In this document: in pieces, positions 36,404-42,992 of the stretch
Layout of the letters: every line of letters begins with the position of its first letter
Position numbering within the stretch: the stretch's first letter is position 1
From: Nitrospinota bacterium
Lineage (GTDB): Bacteria; Nitrospinota_A; JADGAW01
Assembly (NCBI GenBank): GCA_015231815.1
Contig: JADGAW010000002.1
Span: forward strand, 1-42,992
Direction: 5' to 3'
DNA: 42,992 nt
The notes under the pieces: generated by a model
Told to the model about the DNA's origin: nothing
Databases searched by the model: none
The model's input: only the letters and a program-made list of their open reading frames with translations
Position numbers and translations under genes: made by a program

Positions 36404-37114
36404 ATGAGGTTAAAAAACCTGTTAATTGTCTTAATTCTTCCGATTGCTTTTTTACTCAATGGTTGCTCCATGTCTTCAAAGGAAAATGAAATTGGAGAAA
36501 AACCTCTTTGGGGTATTGAGGGTATTACCGTTTTGGATCAAACTGTTTACCTGAATGAAAAGGTAAACAATATAACGGACTTTAGACGTGGTATGACGGA
36601 AATGTTTAAAGTGCTTCGTGAAAATTTACGATCAACTAAGATTAGTGACAGAACCATTGTTGTCACTGACTTTCAAGATACGGAAAACCTGAACACTGTG
36701 ACAAAGTTTGGCCGATATTGCGGCTCTGAGGCATACGACAATCTTCCTGTTCTCGACTTTAATGTGGTTGAAGTTAAAACAGGCAAAAGTCTCTTCATCC
36801 TTAAAGGTATGGGGGAAATTATTCTGACCAGAAATGCTAAAGAGTTACGGAACAAATATCACTTTTCTTCTTTTTTAATTGGAACATATACCGTTACCAA
36901 CACCAGTGTGCAGGTTAATGCCCGAATTGTACGGGCAAAAGATCTTTGGGTACTTTCTTCTGCATCACTCGTAGCGAGCAGGGTGGATAATGAATTTCTG
37001 GATGATTTTTTTCCGGTAATGAAAAAGAAATTAGAAAATTGGTCAACAGATGTAAAAAAACCAGAAAAGAGAGTTATTCAGGAAAAGAATTATGAATATA
37101 AGATTAAAAAATAA
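36404..37114 (+). CDS. FlgO-like outer membrane lipoprotein (copy 1)
   Basis: Lipobox LNGC; IVVTDF...NLN..TKFGR, GEIILTRNAKEL, IGTYT...VNARIV match the FlgO-domain pattern. Confidence 0.75.
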   Translation: MRLKNLLIVLILPIAFLLNGCSMSSKENEIGEKPLWGIEGITVLDQTVYLNEKVNNITDFRRGMTEMFKVLRENLRSTKISDRTIVVTDFQDTENLNTVTKFGRYCGSEAYDNLPVLDFNVVEVKTGKSLFILKGMGEIILTRNAKELRNKYHFSSFLIGTYTVTNTSVQVNARIVRAKDLWVLSSASLVASRVDNEFLDDFFPVMKKKLENWSTDVKKPEKRVIQEKNYEYKIKK

Positions 37115-37907
37115 TTTTTTCATTGTTTTAATCCTGCCTTTACTCTTTTCAGGATGCGGGGATCCCTCCTTGGAGTTACTTAATTCTCCTATTTATGTTG
37201 ATAAGGGCAATGATTTTTTTGAGTTAAAGAGAAATACAGCTCCGCAATTACATGTAGCAAAAATGGCAAAGGATCTTGTTGGTAATGTTGAAACTGAAGA
37301 GGAGAAAATTTCAGAAATCGAAGAAAATAAAGAAAAAATCAGAAAAATTCTTGAAATGGATGTTGCCAGCTATGAAGTTGCTAAATACCAAAATGAAATT
37401 AAGGAACTAGAGAAAAAAATTAAAAAATTAGAAAAGAAGCGAGAAAAAAGTATAAAACAAAATAAATCAAAAACAGTCATAATTTCAACCTTTGTTGACA
37501 GCAACAACTTAGACGTTACCAATAAATTGGGAAGGCTTCTTTCTGAGGAACTTATTTCTAAAATGCACAAATATGGCTTTAATATTATTGAATTCAGGGC
37601 AACAAAAGAGTTGCATATTATGAAGCAAAAAGGCAGCTTTGCCATTTCCCGGGAAATAAGTAAATTACGCTCATCTTATGGAGCAAATTATGCCGTTATT
37701 GGTACATATAGCAATGCTGCTTCTTCGGTTTTAATAAATGCCCGTATGATTGATTTGGAAACCGCTGAGATTCAATCGGTAAGCAGTTATGAAATTACCA
37801 AAACTAAAGAAATCAAGTACCTTTTAAACCAGGATGTCATGCTTATGGAAAATGAGCAAAATCAAAGAAAAAACAAACCTATTTCTACAAATGTTTATGA
37901 AAGGTAG
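37092..37907 (+). CDS. FlgO-like outer membrane lipoprotein (copy 2) with coiled-coil insert
   Basis: Lipobox FSGC; IISTFVDSNNLD.TNKLGRLLSEEL, GSFAISREISKL, IGTYS...INARMIDL; E/K-rich insert. Confidence 0.8.
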   Translation: MNIRLKNNFFIVLILPLLFSGCGDPSLELLNSPIYVDKGNDFFELKRNTAPQLHVAKMAKDLVGNVETEEEKISEIEENKEKIRKILEMDVASYEVAKYQNEIKELEKKIKKLEKKREKSIKQNKSKTVIISTFVDSNNLDVTNKLGRLLSEELISKMHKYGFNIIEFRATKELHIMKQKGSFAISREISKLRSSYGANYAVIGTYSNAASSVLINARMIDLETAEIQSVSSYEITKTKEIKYLLNQDVMLMENEQNQRKNKPISTNVYER

Positions 37908-38499
37908 ATATTTATTTCTTCTTACCTCTACAGTTTTACTCTTCCTTGTTTCCTGTGGAGTAACAAATCAAAAACTTAGGATGTCTGGCGTTCAGAATTA
38001 CGTTTTTCCTGATATTTATGATTGGAATGTTAAAACAGGTTTGTTTATTTTTCATTCTCCAACAAACTCTATGGACGTTGCATATGGATTTTCACAACGG
38101 CTTCATAAAAAAATGTTAACCAGAAGCCTTTTTAAAACAATTACTTTTGTTGACCTTCAGATTGGAAATGATGAACTTGCATTGAGAAAAGGAAAAGAAC
38201 TTGGCTTTGATTATGTAATTTACGGAAGTGTCAATGAACGTGTTTTTGTTGTTCGGGCTGATGAAACAAAACCTTTTGTTTCCATGTCTATGAAAATCCT
38301 TGATACAAAAACAGGCACAACCCTCTGGTACATTGATGATTCCATTACAGGAGATGCTCCGATGTATAAAAGGCTTGTAGGAATGGATACCTATAAGGAC
38401 TATCCCAGTGTTATGTTCCTTGAGGAAAATCTTATAACAAATGTAGTTAATTTTCTTGCAGAAGCAAAAACAAAGTTAAAAAGACAATTAAAACAATGA
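37897..38499 (+). CDS. Hypothetical lipoprotein (possibly CsgG/LpoB-like fold)
   Basis: Lipobox LVSC; GKELGFDYVIYGSV, MKILDTKTGTTLW. Start 37897 chosen from the signal peptide. Confidence 0.65.
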   Translation: MKGRYLFLLTSTVLLFLVSCGVTNQKLRMSGVQNYVFPDIYDWNVKTGLFIFHSPTNSMDVAYGFSQRLHKKMLTRSLFKTITFVDLQIGNDELALRKGKELGFDYVIYGSVNERVFVVRADETKPFVSMSMKILDTKTGTTLWYIDDSITGDAPMYKRLVGMDTYKDYPSVMFLEENLITNVVNFLAEAKTKLKRQLKQ

Positions 38500-39731
38500 A
38501 AAATTCACGAATTGTAATTACTGGCATTGGGCTCACAGCACCAAACGGTAACTCTCTTAGAGAGTATAGGGAAAGTTTGTTAAGTGGTAAATCAGGAGTT
38601 GAGGAATTTGAAACGAGGTTTATGGGAAGAGTTTTAGCAGGAGTGTGTGATTTCGATGAACTGAAGTATCAGAAAAAAAAGGAAGTAAGAAGAGGTACAA
38701 GAGCTGGTTCTGTTGGAATATATTGCTCCAATGAAGCGATTGCTGATGCTGGACTTTCTGATGGCACATGGAACAAATCAAGAACAGGAGTATATCTTGG
38801 AATCACTGAGCATGGTAATGTGGAAACAGAGAATGAGATATACAATATTAGCCAATTTGACTATAACGTGAAATATTGGTCTCATCATCATAATCCCAGA
38901 ACTGTTGCCAACAACCCGGCTGGAGAAGTAACGCTGAATATGGGAATTACCGGTCCTCATTACACAATGGGAGCTGCCTGTGCTGCGGGAAATATTGGGC
39001 TTATACAGGGGTGTCAAATGCTTATGCTTGATGAAGTGGATATGGCACTTGCAGGAGGGGTTTCAGAATCTATACATACCTTTGGAATATTTGCCAGCTT
39101 TAAGGCACAAAATGCTTTAGCGGAACACCTTAATCCTGAAAAAGCAAGCAGGCCCTTCGACCTTGAACGTAACGGAATTGTTGTTTCAGAAGGAGGGTGT
39201 GTTTTTACACTGGAAAGGCTTGAAGATGCTTTGGCAAGGGGAGCTAAAATCTATTGTGAAGTTGCTGGTTACAGTATTAATTCTGATGCAACGGATTTTG
39301 TTCTTCCGAACGAACAAAGGCAAGCGGAATGTATGGAGCTTGCAATCAAAAAAGCAGGAATTACCGCACAGGATATTGATATCTTAAGCTCTCATGCAAC
39401 CTCTACTCCGCAGGGAGATATTCAGGAGGTTGGAGCAATTAAAAAGGTCTTCGGCGAATCGAAAAAACTGCATGTAAATAATACGAAAAGTTTTATAGGT
39501 CATACAATGGGAGCTGCTGGAGCATTGGAACTTGCGGGAAATATTCCATCTTTTGAGGATAATATAATTCATCCAACAATTAACCTTGAGAATCCCGACC
39601 CACAATGTTCGGGAATAAACATTATTGTTAATTCTCCTCAAAAGACAGATATGGTAAAATACCTCCTCAATAATTCGTTCGGCATGGTGGGTATAAACTC
39701 TGTTGTGATCGTTAAGAAGTATGAAAATTAG
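38496..39731 (+). CDS. Beta-ketoacyl-ACP synthase (FabF/FabB superfamily, atypical subtype)
   Basis: Cys-His-His triad: AACAAG, SSHATST, KSFIGHTMGAAG; SRPFD..RNG, NNSFG. Confidence 0.92.
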   Translation: MKNSRIVITGIGLTAPNGNSLREYRESLLSGKSGVEEFETRFMGRVLAGVCDFDELKYQKKKEVRRGTRAGSVGIYCSNEAIADAGLSDGTWNKSRTGVYLGITEHGNVETENEIYNISQFDYNVKYWSHHHNPRTVANNPAGEVTLNMGITGPHYTMGAACAAGNIGLIQGCQMLMLDEVDMALAGGVSESIHTFGIFASFKAQNALAEHLNPEKASRPFDLERNGIVVSEGGCVFTLERLEDALARGAKIYCEVAGYSINSDATDFVLPNEQRQAECMELAIKKAGITAQDIDILSSHATSTPQGDIQEVGAIKKVFGESKKLHVNNTKSFIGHTMGAAGALELAGNIPSFEDNIIHPTINLENPDPQCSGINIIVNSPQKTDMVKYLLNNSFGMVGINSVVIVKKYEN

Positions 39732-39784
39732 CGACTTACACTATTTTTACCACCTTCCCCAAAACTATTTATCGGAGTTATTTA

Positions 39785-40036
39785 ATGACTAAGGAAGATA
39801 TTAAATCTGCAATTTTAGAAATAATTGAAGACATTAATCCAGATGAGGATGTAAACAATGTTGACCCGCAAAAAAACCTCAGAGATCAATTTGATCTGGA
39901 TTCTATGGACTTTCTTGATATTGTTATGGAACTAAGAAAAAGATATGGGGTGGAAGTTCCAGAGGCAGACTACATGGAACTCGCAACTCTTGATAGCTGT
40001 ATCACCTACCTTGAGCCAAAACTCGCTGCAAAATAA
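39785..40036 (+). CDS. Acyl carrier protein
   Basis: LDSMDFLDIVMEL phosphopantetheine-Ser motif, acidic 83 aa, GGAG RBS. Confidence 0.93.
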   Translation: MTKEDIKSAILEIIEDINPDEDVNNVDPQKNLRDQFDLDSMDFLDIVMELRKRYGVEVPEADYMELATLDSCITYLEPKLAAK

Positions 40037-40044
40037 ATCATAAT

Positions 40045-40071
40045 AGGGTTCAGCAATTTTTGTTGAACCTT
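40045..40071. terminator. Terminator hairpin between convergent ACP and dnaJ
   Basis: GGTTCAGCAA-TTT-TTGTTGAACC, 10 bp stem with one G-U pair. Confidence 0.7.
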
Positions 40072-40091
40072 CCCTTTCTCAATAACATTCA

Positions 40092-41195
40092 TTATTCAAA
40101 CAAACCTTGAATTTTAGAGAGCATATTTTTGCTTGCTGGAGTAAATCGTTGGTTACGCAGGTGGGCAAACTTTTTTAGAAGTTCTCTCTCTTCACCCGTT
40201 AAGTCTGTTGGTGTTTCTACAATCAACTGAACCCGCTGATCACCTTTTCCCGGACTATTTACGTTTTGAATTCCCTTTCCTTTGAGTCGAAGAGTTTTAT
40301 GAGTTTGGGTTCCGGCGGGAACCTTCACAATAACATCATTTTCCAATGTTGGAATTTCAATTTCACCTCCAAGTGCAGCAGTTTCAAAATTTATGGGGAC
40401 GGTTAATAAAATATCGTCATTTTTTCTTTCAAAAACAGGGTGTGGCTTAACTTTCAATACGATAAGCAGGTCTCCTGCATCAGAGTTACCAAGTCCAATA
40501 CTTCCTTCCTTGGAGTACTTAAGGGTGGTTTGATCTGTTACTCCGGCAGGAATGGTTATATCAAGAAAAACTTCTTTTTGTATAACGCCCTCTCCGCCAC
40601 ATTCTTTACAGGGGTATTTGATTGTATATCCGCTACCATCACATACCGGGCATAAACCCTGAATTTGTTTGTTGCCAATTCTGTTAACGATTTTTCCGTT
40701 TCCATAGCATTTTATACATATTTCTGTATCCGTTCCCTCTTTGCAGCCACTGCCAAAACAGGTGTGACATCGTTCCTTTCGTTTGAATTTTAATTTAGCA
40801 TCTCCTCCCTTTGCTGCAGTTACGAAGTCTATTGGATGGGTTATACGAATATCACTCCCCCGTTTGTCCTTATTTCCGATGGATGCTCCTCCAAAGATAT
40901 CCTTAAAGAGTTGTTCAAATATTTTCTTAACATTTACCTTGTCGTGAAAAATATTTTTTAAATCTTCTTCTAAATGTTTTGAGTTGCCGTAGCGGTCATA
41001 TTTAGCTTTTTTTTCCGGGTCTTTTAAAACAAAATATGCCTCACTGATTTCCTTGAATTTTGCTTCTGCCTGAGGGTTTCCTCTGTTTTTATCCGGATGA
41101 TATTTAATGGCAAGTACTCTATACGCCTTTTTTATATCTGATTGAGATGCATCATTTCTGATTCTCAGTATCTCGTAGTAGGTTTTTTTTTTCAT
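40092..41195 (-). CDS. dnaJ: Class A J-domain chaperone DnaJ
   Basis: HPD motif, four CxxCxGxG repeats, C-terminal peptide-binding domains. Confidence 0.93.
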   Translation of the reverse strand: MKKKTYYEILRIRNDASQSDIKKAYRVLAIKYHPDKNRGNPQAEAKFKEISEAYFVLKDPEKKAKYDRYGNSKHLEEDLKNIFHDKVNVKKIFEQLFKDIFGGASIGNKDKRGSDIRITHPIDFVTAAKGGDAKLKFKRKERCHTCFGSGCKEGTDTEICIKCYGNGKIVNRIGNKQIQGLCPVCDGSGYTIKYPCKECGGEGVIQKEVFLDITIPAGVTDQTTLKYSKEGSIGLGNSDAGDLLIVLKVKPHPVFERKNDDILLTVPINFETAALGGEIEIPTLENDVIVKVPAGTQTHKTLRLKGKGIQNVNSPGKGDQRVQLIVETPTDLTGEERELLKKFAHLRNQRFTPASKNMLSKIQGLFE

Positions 41196-41270
41196 TGTTT
41201 TGAATAACTATTGGGAAATATGAGCCTTAAAGTCAGAAAAAAGATATGATAATATTCAGTTCATAATTAA

Positions 41271-42890
41271 TTGTACCGGAGTATTGTATTGAGACCTATA
41301 ATCCTTTATGTAATTGCTCTTGCCGGAGGTATTTTACAGGCACTTGCTTTTCCATTTACCAATATAGCTTCTTTTTCCTTTATTGCATTGATTTTTTTGT
41401 TCATTGTAACAAATACCAATGGTAGGTTAAAGCAGCATTTTTTCTATGGTTTTGCCTGGGGCTTTTCCTTCTTTTCTGTTCTTATTTACTGGATAATTGA
41501 AACTGTACACATCTTTGGAAAGCTTCCTTTACTTATTTCCCTTGGTGCCTATCTGCTTTTGGTTGTGTATCTATCACTCTATCCTGCAATATTTGCTCTC
41601 TTTATCGCCTGGTTATTTAAAAAACTTGACGTAAATATTTTTTATAACCGTTTGTTACTTTACCTTTCCCTTCCCTCCGCATGGATTATTCTTGAACAGG
41701 TTCGGGGTAATTTTATGAGCGGTTTCCCCTGGGGGGTGTTGGGGTATTCATTAGTGAGCTGGCAAGAGATGGTACAGATGGCAGAATTTACTTCTGTATA
41801 TGGTGTTTCATTTTTTATTGTTCTGATAAATGTTCTTATATTTTTTCTTATTGGATCGGAAATTAAATATAGTGGTTTTAAACAATTTACCCTTGGAAAA
41901 AAGGAAAAATTCGCCATTTTGTGTTTGCTTTTCATTCTCATTGGAGGAAATTATTTTATGGGAAGCCAGTTGATAAAAAAATATGAAGCTCAAATAAACA
42001 ATGAAAGCTTAAAGGTTGGATTGTTACAGGGTAATATTTCACAGGAAATAAAATGGAACGAAAATTTTCGTGATGAAACTATCCTGAAATATTTTAAGTT
42101 GCAGAAGGAAGCAATACGTTCAGGGGCAAAACTTATTATTTGGCCGGAGACTTCTTTTCCTCTTTATCTTTTGAGAGAGGATTTTTTTCTTACCATTTTT
42201 ACGAATCAGTCGTTGAGTAACAATGTCTATATTATTGCCGGAACACCTGATTATATTTTGGAAGGTCAGGGCAATAGCTATAGTATTACTAATACGGCAC
42301 TGTTTTTTCGCCCTGATAATCTTGATCAAAAAAAATTACCGGAGAGGTACGATAAAATTCATCTTGTGCCTTTCGGAGAATATGTCCCCTTAAAAAAATG
42401 GTTGCCGTTTATTGATAAATTAGTTGAAGAAGTTGGAAATTTCAGGTCTGGAGAAGGAGCCCAGCTCTTCAGTAATGGAGCTTTTTCCCTCTCACCGTTT
42501 ATTTGTTTTGAAATTATTTTTCCTGAAGAAGTAAGAAACAGTATTAACCAAGGGGCTAATCTTATTGTTCACATAACCAATGATGCCTGGTTTGGTAAGA
42601 CAGCGGCTCCAAGGCAGCATGTGGAGATTGTTCAAATGAGGAGTATTGAAAACAGGGTTGCATCTGTTACTGCGGCAAATACCGGTATAAGCAATATTAT
42701 TTCAAATACAGGGAAGGTTATTAAAGAAACGAAACTCATGGAGGAAACCGTTTTGGTTGGAGATGTTTTTCTTTCTACAGGAGAACGAACCTTCTATGGC
42801 AAAAACGGACTTTGGCTTCTTTACCTGAGCTATGGTATTATTCTCCTAACAATAATTATTGTTGCAAAGAGAAAAGATTTTCATACATGA
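41271..42890 (+). CDS. lnt: Apolipoprotein N-acyltransferase
   Basis: GFPWG, QGNI, triad WPET / YDKIHLVPFGEYVP / ICFE, TNDAWFG, ANTGIS. Start codon uncertain. Confidence 0.96.
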   Translation: MYRSIVLRPIILYVIALAGGILQALAFPFTNIASFSFIALIFLFIVTNTNGRLKQHFFYGFAWGFSFFSVLIYWIIETVHIFGKLPLLISLGAYLLLVVYLSLYPAIFALFIAWLFKKLDVNIFYNRLLLYLSLPSAWIILEQVRGNFMSGFPWGVLGYSLVSWQEMVQMAEFTSVYGVSFFIVLINVLIFFLIGSEIKYSGFKQFTLGKKEKFAILCLLFILIGGNYFMGSQLIKKYEAQINNESLKVGLLQGNISQEIKWNENFRDETILKYFKLQKEAIRSGAKLIIWPETSFPLYLLREDFFLTIFTNQSLSNNVYIIAGTPDYILEGQGNSYSITNTALFFRPDNLDQKKLPERYDKIHLVPFGEYVPLKKWLPFIDKLVEEVGNFRSGEGAQLFSNGAFSLSPFICFEIIFPEEVRNSINQGANLIVHITNDAWFGKTAAPRQHVEIVQMRSIENRVASVTAANTGISNIISNTGKVIKETKLMEETVLVGDVFLSTGERTFYGKNGLWLLYLSYGIILLTIIIVAKRKDFHT

Positions 42891-42992
42891 ATTCTGAAGT
42901 ATTTTTTCACCTGTTTTTTCACTATTGCCCTTAATGCTTTTTATGCAATACCGTTATAAAAAGAATTCAATGGTACAACGTTTCAATTCAGT

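Noticed and set aside
334-42329. Numerous 60-140 aa ORFs antisense to or out of frame within confident genes (e.g. 22788-23129, 28566-28937, 32840-33253)
   Set aside because: Shadow ORFs of well-supported genes, with no motifs of their own.
42887-42992. Start of a gene after lnt
   Set aside because: The ATG overlapping the lnt stop closes after 15 codons; nothing supportable before the window end.

Overview
AT-rich (roughly one-third G+C by eye) chromosomal window from a diderm bacterium. A Nitrospinota/Nitrospirota/deltaproteobacterial-type organism is an inference from gene content only. Most of it is housekeeping: partial citrate synthase, ribD, tsaE, dapF, thiL, thpR, a type-E succinate:quinone oxidoreductase (sdhA-sdhB-HdrB-like CCG subunit), ctpA, an NtrC-family regulator, lon, rsfS, cheR, rodA, rpmF-plsX-fabH, a deoxynucleoside kinase, dnaJ and lnt. 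There are four accessory zones. (1) 2.0-11.4 kb is a surface-glycan locus: 2 GT4, 2 methyltransferases, radical SAM/SPASM, acyltransferase, Wzx flippase and 2 GT-C-like membrane proteins. (2) 13.1-15.4 kb is a micro-island: a ~450 bp intergenic region packed with nested hairpins (candidate structured ncRNA or MITE-like element), an MNT-HEPN pair with a frameshifted HEPN, and a probably truncated membrane protein. (3) 19.0-20.6 kb is a second micro-island: a Zn-finger membrane mini-protein coupled to HEPN-MNT, an apparently collapsed AAA-ATPase remnant behind a 39 bp palindrome, and a GC-rich orphan HicB-HTH gene. (4) 36.4-40.0 kb is a translationally coupled run of two FlgO-like lipoproteins, a third lipoprotein and an atypical ketosynthase, followed by an ACP. 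No rRNA, tRNA, CRISPR array, integrase or transposase was seen. The best candidates for something undescribed are the structured element at 13.1-13.55 kb and the lipoprotein-KAS-ACP operon. Neither can be confirmed without database searches.
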